From assembly GCA_032718475.1 (NCBI GenBank), contig JAUCBJ010005442.1, positions 1 to 54,986 of the forward strand: a DNA stretch of 54,986 nucleotides, written 5' to 3'. The notes under the pieces were generated by a model. That model saw only the letters and a list, made by a program, of their open reading frames with translations. It did not search any database and was not told the DNA's origin. Shown here in pieces: positions 11,401-21,865 of this stretch. The position numbers and the translations under genes are program-made. Source of the stretch: Nemertoderma westbladi. Its lineage: Eukaryota; Animalia; Xenacoelomorpha. How positions within the stretch are numbered: position 1 is the first letter of the stretch; every line of letters starts with the position of its first letter.

Positions 11401-12884
11401 ACTCTTGGACAAACGCTTGCCGAAAATTAGCGTGGATTGTACGTTTTGTACAATACGTTAAAGGCAAACGAGACTTTACACGTCGACTTACATTGGCTGA
11501 GATTGACAGGTGTGAAATTAAATTAATTCGCCATTACCAACTGCGATATTTCGCGCGCGAATTCACATCTATAAATCAAGGTCAACCAATCAAGTCGTCA
11601 CCAATACTGAGTTGGAGTCCGATTATTTATAATGGCTTAATTTGTCATAAATCTCGGCTTCAAAACATTGACTTTCACACAAACTTTAGATACCCAATAA
11701 TAATACCGCAGCATCACGAACTACAACGTGCAATGATACTGGACGCACATTTACATCTGAAACACGCTGGAAGACACCACTGTCTTTCCTACTTACGTAC
11801 AAGATTTGTATTAATTAGACCCAGTAAAGCATTAAGTTCAGTGACACATACGTGTATTATTTGTAAAAAGGTACACTCTAGAATAGGTACCCAAGAAATG
11901 AGTGAACTTCCACAAGCACGACTTCAAGCATTCAGACCACCTTTTACAGAGACTGGAATTGATTGCTTTGGTCCCATACATACGAAACGTGGACGTATAC
12001 TAGTAAAACGCTGGGGACTGATTTTCACATGTATGTCCAGTAGGGCAGTTCATATTGAACGTGTGATGGATCTTTCCACCAACGCGTTTATACTAGCATT
12101 GCGGCGATTTATCGCTAGACGCGGACTAGTAAAATGCTTGTACTCAGACCAAGGGACAAACTTTGTTGGTGCTCGAAATGAGATTGCTAGAGCCTTTAAG
12201 AAATTAGATCATGATCAAATCTCGAACGAACTACAACCTCACAAGATTGTTTGGAAGTTTAATCCTCCAGATAGTCCATGGAGAGGCGGAGTCTGGGAGA
12301 GATTGATTAGATCTATCAAAACAGCCATGGCAAAGGTCATTCCAGTAAACCACATATTGACAGACGACCAACTGACAACACTGTTTGTTGAAATCGAGGC
12401 AATACTAAATACTAGACCAATAGTATTAGTACCCGATGACAAACAATCCCAATTTGCTTTAACACCGGCACACCTGCTAATGCAGGCACCGACGACATTA
12501 ACGCCTATTTCTATTCCAATGGAAGGCGATAGCTACGGTAGAAAAGCGTGGAAAATCACGCAACTACTGGCTAACAAATTCTGGGAAATATGGCAAAACC
12601 ATTATTTGCCCTCTATTTCTGCCAGAACAACTTGGTACAATAACACCCGCGCATTAAAGCCGGGAGATCACGTGCTGTTAGCGGAAGTGAATCTAAAAAG
12701 ACGCTTCTGGATAACAGGTGTGATTTTAGCCACACATCCATCTATGGATGGAGTGACAAGAACTGTGACGGTACGGACAATTGACGGTCGTACAGTTGAC
12801 AGACCGACTCAACGTCTCGTACTTCTTGAAGAGACTCGTAACGAGTCCGGAGATTACAAATCTCCAACTAATATTAGTAAATAA
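8487..12884 (+). CDS. pol: BEL/Pao Pol (RT, RNase H, integrase), in frame with gag-PR after a single TAG
   Basis: YYLPHH, DVEAMFHQV, FYVDD, TKVLGLFWD, LFDPLG, LHCFSDAS, FVANR, NPADIASRG, HHCC zinc finger, GIDCFGP, YSDQGTNFVGA, GGVWERLI, DGVTRTV. Confidence 0.95.
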   Translation, partial: PEIPSTTDDNAGRLASLPTPITSTMPVDIDDDALRNHQVEQAALDKELTEKTIRWLEQDTAEPGSYEPCMSEQEKQSLKIMEDTIHQTKDGHYEVGMLWHSQSPKLINNYLLALRRLHSIRQRLLKDEKAHLQYNTQMETYLTKGYAIRMTNPEIVTDQTYYLPHHFVRHPDKPDKVRVVNDCAALFEGMSLNSELMDGPNMNNYLMGVIMCFRQRQVAFTYDVEAMFHQVRALERDRDSLRFLWYPEGDLSLPPATYQMQVRVFGARDSPNCTMYALKQAARDQKHIYDPEIIKIVERDFYVDDGLQSCDTVERAITVAHQLRDCLAGGGFNLTKFASNSAELVDSFGTTERGGGDIDLEFEPLPTTKVLGLFWDPNTDNFRVKVRLDSQENTLTKRSCLSKLSRLFDPLGFISPIILQARIFMRSIWKDGLTWDEPISSDQVDLWKTWEAELSSLEDYSIPRVYFPLQTTFPDNLELHCFSDASDNGFGVAAYLRRQVDSEEFDVSLITSKAKTMPTKYMTTPRAELQAATLSTTIVNLIQTELQSSLQIFYWTDATLVLFYINNDTLEFKTFVANRRAEILDRSIKEDWRHCPGPQNPADIASRGMMPEEFCKPENKEFWQHGPRFLQGSIQHWPPLYNNKSNTIPKDAEIKKPKKGKAKKKTTAAKLKKRPKAKWKDITSKVKNGRLASLSTPDTLPDGQPDTLPDISPDGQPDTLPDGQTDTLLDGQPDILPDMSQNVLPDTSDILTNRKAAVSLLERPSIDKQPDTLPDISPDTLLDGQPDVLPDTSLDISPDVPRNILPDMSQNVLPDTSNILTNSKAAVSLLERPCIDKLPILTHLSNHKHGETSCITDVGSTYVNVNTGVTLRSRDIPNLQPMVRRRKISLPKPTDPIEFKPPLTIDLQSTDNQGKKTKKDKLLVDPDGSTVNKGILTGGPVGPSSKSKPSKFFDLPDDVTNTYVDRIVNLTDSWTNACRKLAWIVRFVQYVKGKRDFTRRLTLAEIDRCEIKLIRHYQLRYFAREFTSINQGQPIKSSPILSWSPIIYNGLICHKSRLQNIDFHTNFRYPIIIPQHHELQRAMILDAHLHLKHAGRHHCLSYLRTRFVLIRPSKALSSVTHTCIICKKVHSRIGTQEMSELPQARLQAFRPPFTETGIDCFGPIHTKRGRILVKRWGLIFTCMSSRAVHIERVMDLSTNAFILALRRFIARRGLVKCLYSDQGTNFVGARNEIARAFKKLDHDQISNELQPHKIVWKFNPPDSPWRGGVWERLIRSIKTAMAKVIPVNHILTDDQLTTLFVEIEAILNTRPIVLVPDDKQSQFALTPAHLLMQAPTTLTPISIPMEGDSYGRKAWKITQLLANKFWEIWQNHYLPSISARTTWYNNTRALKPGDHVLLAEVNLKRRFWITGVILATHPSMDGVTRTVTVRTIDGRTVDRPTQRLVLLEETRNESGDYKSPTNISK

Positions 12885-13545
12885 TTAGGAGTTTACAAAT
12901 AGATTTCCACGTACCTGTACACCGTAGTAAGGACAGCGGTAGAATTCCATTGTCTTTATATGTGAACATTGAGGGTGGTACCCTTATGTGTCACATAGGA
13001 GCGGGATTTGTAGGTATAAGAAATGGAATTCTACTTGGAACTCACAATATTGAGACATTTTCGAAATTTTAGACAATCCATTTGGATTTGAAAAATTTTT
13101 AAAAATTTCTCCAGTGAATAGATTTCAGGGTACAGTCGGGTGGAACTTAAAATTAGAGAAACAAGAGAGGAAGACTTGCGAGCCTTTCTTAAAATTTTAA
13201 TTAAATTTTACACGGTCTTGTTTCAATAAGTTACGCCAATAAATAGACTCCCCTATATTTATTACTAATTCTTGACTGCTTATTTTCTGATAATAGTTTG
13301 GGATCAAAAAGTGAGTATTTTAGACTCACAGCCAGTTTAGCCCAAATTCGTTTTTATTTCGGCAAAAATTTTAGATAAGAAGCAGCGTGTCATTAAAGAA
13401 ACCCTAGATCTTAGGCTATGGGTAGGAGGTTAGAGCGTTGTAGAGCCAAAAGGGCAGACGAAAACTCTCACGTCTCCTCACAACTAACAATAAACTCTGT
13501 TGTATTCCCTCTAGTAGTAATGATTATATAACTACACTTCCAATT

Positions 13546-15284
13546 ATGGAGAAAGGGATACAAGGAGAGCCGAGATGGGGATATGATATCCAAGAGGAAG
13601 CAGCAGCACCATTCGAAAGATTTGGAGCCAAGGACTACACTATATTTGGTATAAAGGAATTATCAGAAAGTACAGCGAAACTCGCAAAGACTAAATATGA
13701 CAAACCTTCTACAACTCCGACGCTCAGTGTAATGCCTTTACTCGAGCAGGATTTAGTATATTTCGAGACGTGTATCTTCGCTGTGCGGGATCTCTTATCG
13801 AAAGACCATCTATGTTTACATTGTTACCCTATGAAGGAGAATGTATCGTGGAGATTACGGATGAATCACGGCAGACGCGCGCGCCTATCGGTCACCTTGG
13901 TGATGATTTCGAAGTAACTACTACGATCACTGACGATCCTTTAGAGGAACTTCTTGAGATAGAAAGGAACCTCCCGAAGAAATCTCAGACGGAGATTCGA
14001 CAACTTGAAGCAACAGATGCTATAGTTTGTATACAACCCTCAGAAACCTACCAACCCATAGATCCAGATGATTACGATTATAGGGTGGGAGGAAGCGCTC
14101 GACCAATTGGAGATCTTATATACGAACGAGTGTGGTACCCTGCCAATATGATGTGTGGTAAATGTGGCGTCGCTGGACATCATTCGACCAAGTGCAGTGG
14201 AAAGCACATTACTACGACTCAGCTAATCTGTGGATGGTGTGGAGATCAAGGGTCTCATACCTTTTATACTTGCTGGAGATTTATGGCTCAATGTACTTAT
14301 TGCAATATAAAAGGGCATCAAGCATCTGAATGCCAACTAAGAGACATACCCTATGAACACGAATCTGTAAAACTCGTGAGAAAATTATTCGATGAGTGGG
14401 AAGATTTAGCCGACGAACATGTATTGGCACAAAGAAGACGATTTCCGATGAGGGCGCATCTTGGATTTTGGGCGGTAAATCCCCAAACGATGATGTCGGA
14501 AGGATACATCTCCGCTATGCCCCAATATGACGAACTTATCGAGGTAGTCGATATTTTGCCCCACGACAGTGGATTCCGAGTAGTGCGCGAGTATCTGTTA
14601 CAGATTCACCCGGATAACAAAAACACGTGGAATTTTCAGAAAGTCGTTAATCGCATCACGTATGGTGAATTCGATCGTTTCCGAACTGAAAAGCGGAATA
14701 AAGGAGCTTGGTTAACCGTCGCATGGGCGTACCGAGCCGCGTTTTACCACAAACGTATACGAGCGAGCGTATTCGAGGAAGAGGAGGTCCTAGAGGCGAC
14801 AAATATACCAGCCACTCCGGTTGCGCCGTCTGCACGTCACCCTCGGGAGGACGGACAGGGTAGGATCATACGGGTCCAGAAAGTGGGCCAACAATTAAAG
14901 AAGTCTATTAATATAGAAGAACGCAAGGGAGTTGAGCCGACTATTCGAATTACTCGGGATACGGTATCGCTTCCTAGAGAACCAATAGGAGGATCGGGAC
15001 ATACACCAGCTGATCAGAAGGGGGCGCAAGCTACTCTTGGGTCTGCGTCGTCCGCTTCCCGCGCGTTCCCAGACGTTCTACCAACTGTAGTGACAACTGA
15101 TCGGTCACGAGGAATCGGTCGAGGTTTTGGGATGCCAAATAGACGAATTTGCGAGGAAATAGTCGCACCGTCTCTCAACGTCCAAGCGAAACCAGTGACT
15201 CGCCCCACAAGTCCCATATCGCGAGCAAAGTCACCTGTGCGCAGTTTTCGAGGACGCGGCAGGGCTCGATCAACTAAGCGATAA
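13546..15284 (+). CDS. Accessory ORF3: three CCHC zinc knuckles plus Arg/Gly/Ser-rich tail; one frameshift near 13705
   Basis: CGKCGVAGHHSTKC, CGWCGDQGSHTFYTC, CTYCNIKGHQASEC; C-terminus RSFRGRGRARSTKR; both termini are homologous to 27688-28975(-). Confidence 0.8.
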
Positions 15285-15395
15285 AAGGGAGGGCAAGGGT
15301 GGACGGAAGACTCGTGAGCCTTTCTTGTGAATTTGTGATTTATTTGAATTATATGTTTTATATTTAATTAGTAAGTTTTGTATTCTGGAAAACTC

Positions 15396-15495
15396 ATATT
15401 TAGTAAGATTTATATTTAGTAAGATTTATATTTAGTAAGATTTATATTTAGTAAGATTTATATTTAGTAAGAATTTATATTTGCAAGATTTATAT
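15396..15495. repeat. 16-bp tandem repeat (ATATTTAGTAAGATTT) in the 3' UTR of element A
   Basis: About 5-6 consecutive units visible. Confidence 0.85.
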
Positions 15496-16114
15496 TTTAT
15501 ATTTGTGATTATTCCGAACTTATGCAATTTATATTGTTCCGAATACTATGCAATTTATATCTTATAAAGCAGTATTTGTATTTACAGTGAAATAGAAAGT
15601 AAGAGTAGATGGAAGACTCGTGGGCCTTTCTTATAGTTTCATTTGTAAAGTGTTATATTTTGTATTTAGAAAGTTTTATAGTTAGAAAGTTTTGTGCTTG
15701 GAAAGACTCATATTTGTAATTATTCCGAACTTATGCAATCTACATTTAGGCACGAAAGTATTTGTAATTATTTGAATTTATGCAATATTTGAGATGCAAT
15801 AGTAGGTGGAAGACTCGCGAGCCTTTCTTATGATTTTGATTTATTTGTATTTGTAATTGTTTGAATTTATGCAATATTGAGATGCAATAGATTTATATTG
15901 GTGAATTTAGTTTAGATTTATATTGTACTTACTTAGTAAAGCCTTAAATACGTAAAGTTTGAATTTGTAATCATTTTGTATCGAATCATTATGTAGAAAG
16001 GAAGTATTGTTTGAAATTTAATTATAAATATGTAAGTACGCCCTAAGTATTCTATAGTTTGATTGATTATTGGTGAAAACCGTATATTTTATGCACGATA
16101 ATATCCTGTTTTCA

Positions 16115-16122
16115 TGGAGCGG
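16115..16122 (+). other. Putative short polypurine tract (TGGAGCGG) abutting the 3' LTR
   Basis: Lies immediately before the 3' LTR start; element B has TTTAGGGCGG at the equivalent place (~27140-27149, -). Confidence 0.55.
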
Positions 16123-18028
16123 TATAGAATTATATTCCCTAAATGCCGTGGATTTTCAAAATTTTTATTTTATTCGAATTAACTTTGTAAAAGATTACTT
16201 TGAGTCCTCATTTGTATTTATTATATCTATTGTACGACATTTAGTCAAGTGGTTCAGTAGCTCAGTCGGTAGAGCGTTGGAAATTATATGGGTAGTAGGT
16301 ATTGAGTTCGAATCCTAATAAGTGCGAATTATTTTTTGTACAGAATTTCAACTCATTTAAATTGACCGCTACAAATTAAATTGTATTTGTCTGTACCTAG
16401 ATTAACCAATGAGACTGCAGTTATTAGATTGTAACCAATGTCGTGCAAGTTATATATTAGCTGGACCAATGGTTATCTTTAAAAAACCCAATATAATTAT
16501 AGAATGTTCTCGATTGATTGCAGCACAAATTTGGTATAAAAGGTGCGATTTCGTTCATTAGTTCACTTCAGTCAATCTTTCAATCTATTCTGAGTTATCT
16601 GATATTTGTTTATTCTGTCATTAGTTTTCAGATTACATTTTGTATTATTATCTGCAATAAATTCAGAAATACCGCTACCTGCCTTTTCTTTTCACCATGA
16701 TTCACTACGGTGAACACACTTAGGAACAGGATGGCCGGCTAGAGATCGGGCCTCAGCAATGAACGGGAACATCAAGGGAATGTAGACAGGAGACAACCCG
16801 CAATACCATCTTATTTATTCGCCCATCGCCTGAAAGGTTAGACAGCGTTCGATGCCTTGCTACCTAAGCGTAAGACCAAAGATCAAAGGTAGAAGTAGTG
16901 ACACGCTGTACGCCTAAAATTACAACTAGGGACTGTACTGTCTTAATTCAGGAAAAAACCGCAGTAGACCTTCATATTCCTACGGGGGGGGGGGGGGGGG
17001 GGGGGAGGGAGAGAGCAGGCAGATACTAGTACGCAGATAGGACGTAGGCACACCGGTATGAAGCATACACATTGGTAGGGTGCAGCAAACTGTACGCCTA
17101 ACTCTTGCTAAGTGCAGGTGCGTTTGCGACTATTTGTAGTACAACGGTGTCCATTGCATTAGAACTTGTAGGCTAGGAGGGTTGCTGTGTTTCACCTGAA
17201 TTAGGATTGTACCGTTCAGGCGGTAGGGCAGTTTACGACTAGGCGCAAATAAATTGAGGCTATTAGGGATATACTAACATCTACCGTGTCCCCGCCAACG
17301 TCCTGATAGGAAGTTACCCAGCCTACCTAGGTGACTAAAATTCTAGATAAGAGCCAGGATAGCTATTAGTAACTGTACGCCTACAGTAGTAAACTAACAC
17401 ATTTCTTCTTAGTATTAGGGACCTGGTAAATTAAAATTGCCGAATTCTGGGCGTAGCATTAACCTTATACCTGAATTTGAGTCCTGGAAATACGCAAGAG
17501 GGGAAGGAACCTTATCATTTGTGAGTATTGGACCTACAAGTTACAAAATTAGAATATTTGTAAAATGCACACCGTACCCAGTAATTATATATATGAAGGA
17601 GCAAAACTGCTTTGACCGTTCAGAATTAACACACGCGCGTTAGAAATTATTTACACCTCAAAATATATAAAATTAACTTTCGTCCTTACTGCGCTTTGCC
17701 CACTAGTTAGACATCTCCAAATCTCTGCCTCTGTACCTAGCTAGCGTCCCTTTCGCCCAACCATATAAATCACACCGCGGCAAAGTATACGAGCCCCTTA
17801 GTCCGTCAGTGAGTCAGCCTGATTTTAGGATTCGCTGCGCGGGATTTTGTTTTATCGAAGTTTGTCTGCTCGTAGACTGTTTTCTGCCTCACCGGTTATA
17901 AGAGATCGATACTGCAATATATTCGCTTACTTAGAGTTTACTGTTTTGGTGAGAAGGTCGGATTTATGATTTGATTCACAAACTTTACAGTAAGATATTG
18001 CAGGTATTGTTACTGTCTCTTCCAAATA
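16123..18028 (+). repeat. 3' LTR of element A (1906 bp), with a second tRNA-like unit at 16251-16337
   Basis: Direct repeat of 1444-3343, followed by TSD TAGAC. Confidence 0.96.
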
Positions 18029-21000
18029 TAGACTTCAACTCTATTTGGATTTCCTCGGCGTCCTGGAAGCTAGAAACGGCTCTCGCCACTTCCTCGTCGA
18101 TATACGATAATGTGGACGCAGTGTCCAACATCACATATATTCGCTTCGATCCCTTATCTCCAGTAAGTTTCACCGGAATCACGCTAAATATTTCCGACGT
18201 GGCCGATGATAAATACGTCCGCGCGCTTGTCGATGAACTATCCGCAGTGAAACCTTGGCAGTTCACCTCTCTTGCGCCGACTTGCCCTCCTCGTCCGACA
18301 AACCTGGTTGGTAACCATCATCCTGAATGCCGGTGTACGTATTCCTTCTTATCGATACGGGTTCTTTGCTCCCCTTCCTGTGAGGATTTCGCTGTAAGTA
18401 ACGGTCCGTTGGGGTGTGGAAATCCGCATGTAGCAACTTGTGATGTAGTCTGCCGCATTCCATGCATCCGTCCTTGCTGTTGGGACACTGCCACCGTACA
18501 TGGCCTGGCGCAAGACATGCCCAACAGGTGTCCAACGTCCGCACTTGAACTCTTCTCTGTTCCGAATTTAATTCTTTGAACCGTCTGCAACTATCTAACT
18601 TATGGTCGTCAGATCTTACCTCCTTTAGTAAACAGTATTGGCAACCTACAAATCCATCCGGCAACTCCTGTTGCTTTAACCTAGGTCTATCTAACCGCTC
18701 ACCTGACCATACTCGCGAGTCTGATCTAAAGGCTGGGGTACTCGAATTATATCTGTCTACTAAGTTATAAGTCACAGTGGTCCTGTCATCGTCAAAACTT
18801 ACCATAGACTTACCGGTAACAGGTTTAGACTCTCTCATATTCTCCTCTGAGAAGTTTGATTTCATCTCTGCTACTGCATCCGTGGCTATCATGTCATGAA
18901 TATGTTGAAGTGTCAATACTTTACCTTGGCCCTCCAACTTATTCTCTAATTTTCGCCATTTCTGTCTGTAACGCATGTTTAAACGTCTTATTACGCTCTT
19001 CAAAACTTCGGCGTGATCACCTTGATGAGGTAGATTCACCGTCTTCAAGATGTCCAATGCGTTCGAAATAGCGTTCGCTAAGTTCAACAGCTCTAACGGA
19101 GTTGTAATCCTTCCGCCCTTACCCAAGTCTTCCACTATCGACTGTGCCATCTTGGTTTTATTCCCGTAGATGTCACTAAGCGTCTTCATTGCTAACTCGA
19201 ATGCTCTTTCATTGCCGACGAAGTTGTCAGCAATGGCTCTAGGTTCTCGATGGAGCATTTGAAGCAAATAGTTGAACTTCTCATTGGGAGTAAAGGTGCT
19301 GTTGGTTAGCTGCTCGTCGACATAGGTTTTAAACGTCCTCCAGTGCTTGTGGTTACCCATAAACTTCTGGGGTTGTTGCGTTGGCAGTCCTTGCCTAGCA
19401 GCAAACTTACCTATGTCCCTGAGGGTTGCGTCGTTCCGGGTTAACAAATGGTTTAGTTCTGCAGGATTGTTAAGTCTGGTCCTTTCCCGGGGATTAAAAC
19501 TTACCTGCTCCGCGTCCGTCCTTCTTTCCTTATAGTTTCGGGACTTCTGACGTCTCATGTCTTCCTCTTCATCACTCGATTCTGTGTCAGTCCTTAGCGC
19601 TCGCAATGGTTTGCGCGCCGAGGCTCTGACCCAGGCCTCCTGATTAAATTTTTCGGCTGAATTTTCGAAATCGGGATTATGGATAGTCGGGACAGGCGTC
19701 CTTACCTGAGGTCTATGTGGTATAGTTTCCTCCGATATACGTACTCGTTGACTAGGCTGGACTTTATCTGACTCAGGCCTGCTAGGATTAGAATTACTTC
19801 TTACCTGGGCTGCTTCCTTTAACCGTACGTTACTAAGCATGTCCGTTATAGGTTGGATGTGCGGCGATATAGCTTGCGCTAAACTGGCACTTAACTCATC
19901 CCTCGTAATAAATTCCTGGCTAGGGTTCTGTTGTATAGTCGGCTCTATCTGAGTAATCCGCTGTCTCTCATATGATCCCTCTTCCGGTTTAACCCGGAAG
20001 TTCTCCGTCGAACTGGGTCGGCGCTCCGTCCGCGTATTCCAAACCCGCGGGTTCGGTTCGCCCAATACTCGGCCTATCGGAGTTTCTCCTCTAAACTCTT
20101 CATTTGCTTGTTCGGTGTATAGTGGTGCGGTGCGATGATACGCTGGATTCTGCGCGATAGGTGAAGCACTAATACCAACTGGTGTGCGACATGTAGAGAA
20201 CGGTTTAGCGATCCGTGTACTCGTAATAGCTGGACCGGGTATAGGAATTCTGGTCGTCGTCGACTCGCGTATGGTCGGAGTTCTCGCTTCCTGTTCGGCC
20301 TTCTGCAGTGCGAACAGTTCTCGCAACTCAGTCCCTACACTCGCCCCACATTCTTCAATCATTCGCATCCCCTTCTCGGCGATTTCATTCGCCTTCCTGG
20401 TCCGTTCTTCGCTCTCTAAACTTAATCTCGCACTTTCCAACTGTGCCAGTTTATGTTCTTCTTCTTCCCTCGCTCGTCTCGCGGCGCTCTCTTCTTCCAC
20501 TCGCGCCTTTTCTTCATACAACGCTTGTCGCTCTTTCTCGATCTCAAGTTCGCGTTCCTTGCGCTCGCGTTCAAGTTCGATTTCGCGTTTCTTCTGTTCG
20601 CGTTCGAGCTGGAGTTCGCGTTCCTTCTGTTCGCGTTCAAGTTCGAGTTCGTGTTCCTTGCGTTCGTGTTCAAGTTGGAGTTCGCGTTCCTTCTGTTCGT
20701 GTTCCGCTCACTCACGCTTACCTCTGTCTTCCAACTCTCGCAACTTTGCGTCTAACTTACGTGTTCGCTCCCTTTCCCGCTCGGCTTCCTTCCGTGCTTC
20801 CGACGCACGCAAAACTTCAGCCTGTTGTTCGTCCAGTCGGCGCCTTCTCTCCTCCGCCGAGTTGTGAGAAACAAGGGATCTAGCACATATAACTTTACCT
20901 CGCGCGTGACTAACCTGGGAATCGCCACTGCCTCTAGATGCGTCGTCGGGCGGAGTCAACGTCCTCTGTTGGATATTCTCCATCGTCGGCAGCACCTGAC

Positions 21001-21865
21001 CCGGTACCACCACTCCACTCTGCATCAGCCAGCTGGTAACTTCCCGCTGATAACGGCGCTCCTCCTTATCTTGCGTCTCTTCTCGCTCCACTAAATCTCT
21101 CGACTCTGCGTCACTCACCTGAGTTGCCTGCGCGTGTGATGCCCATAGCAGCCAGTTCTCCGTCCTAACTCGTCGGAATTGCTCCGATAACGTGCGGTGC
21201 TCCAACAAGGCTGCTAAAACCCTGTCGTAAATCCTCGTCGCCATGTCGCTCGACTGAGACTCTACTGCCTTCTTTGCTAGGACTGCAAGCTCCTCCGTCT
21301 GTTTGAATAACGCTGAGTTGTATCCTCTTCTAATCTCTACTAACCCTTCCCTTCCGATGTTCGCTGAGTCTGCTAACATCTTCCTTACCTTGTCCGCCGT
21401 CCTGGTTATATGTCCGGCATGCGCGCGAAGTTTCTTCTTTATCGCGATATCAAGTTCTCTCTCGCTTACCTGACTCACACTTGGTGGACTTGAAGGATTA
21501 TTTCGGGAACTACGGGTACTCCTGACAGCCACTGGGACCACGGCACTTACCATACCCACAGGTCTGGAAACCGGGCTCCGGGCTCTCGCTTCTGCTACAC
21601 TACCCTCCCCATCACTCACCTCTGGTTGGGTTGCTGTACAATCCTTCCTTACAGTAGCGGTAGGGGATCCCAATACTATTATCTGAGGTTGTTCTTCTTC
21701 CTCACTAGTTACTGTCTCGTCCTCCTGTTCACTTACGTCAGCGTCACTCGCTGCGACGTCATAGTCGGCATTGTCGTCAACAGTAATATTAACGCTATCG
21801 TCAGTCGGCGGTCCTGCCGCCGTCTCATAGCTGTCCTCTAGTGCCTCCTTCTCTGAGGCACTCAT
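18029..21865 (-). pseudogene. gag: BEL/Pao element C gag and protease N-terminal half (frameshifts near 20710 and 18270)
   Basis: QQPQKFMGNHKHWRTF...EKFNYLLQML, CQYC...HKLDSC, CWACLAPGHVRWQC, CMECGRLHHKLLH, VMLDTASTLSYI; continues at 1443. Confidence 0.9.
20540..20710 (-). repeat. Short coding repeats (ELEREQKER-like) expanding the Gag coiled coil of element C
   Basis: Recurrent GTTCGCGTTCCTTCTGTTC-like units. Confidence 0.7.

Larger units (their letters stand above)
1444..18028 (+). mobile_element. Full-length BEL/Pao LTR retrotransposon (element A), ~16.6 kb, nested in element C
   Basis: Direct repeats at 1444-3343 and 16123-18028; TAGAC duplicated at 1439-1443 and 18029-18033; Gag-PR-RT-RH-IN order with Pao motifs. 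Removing A and one TSD copy restores IELKSMHG in element C. Confidence 0.97.

Noticed and set aside
13546-15284. ORF3 as env
   Set aside because: No signal peptide, transmembrane helix or fusion-protein pattern; it has zinc knuckles and a basic tail instead.
4282-15827. Palindromic repeats as a CRISPR array
   Set aside because: Spacing is irregular (tens of bp to kb), copies lie inside retroelement ORFs, there are no cas genes and the context is eukaryotic.
17971-18579. 202-aa plus-strand ORF
   Set aside because: Antisense to element C gag-PR and crosses the LTR junction, so it is a shadow ORF.
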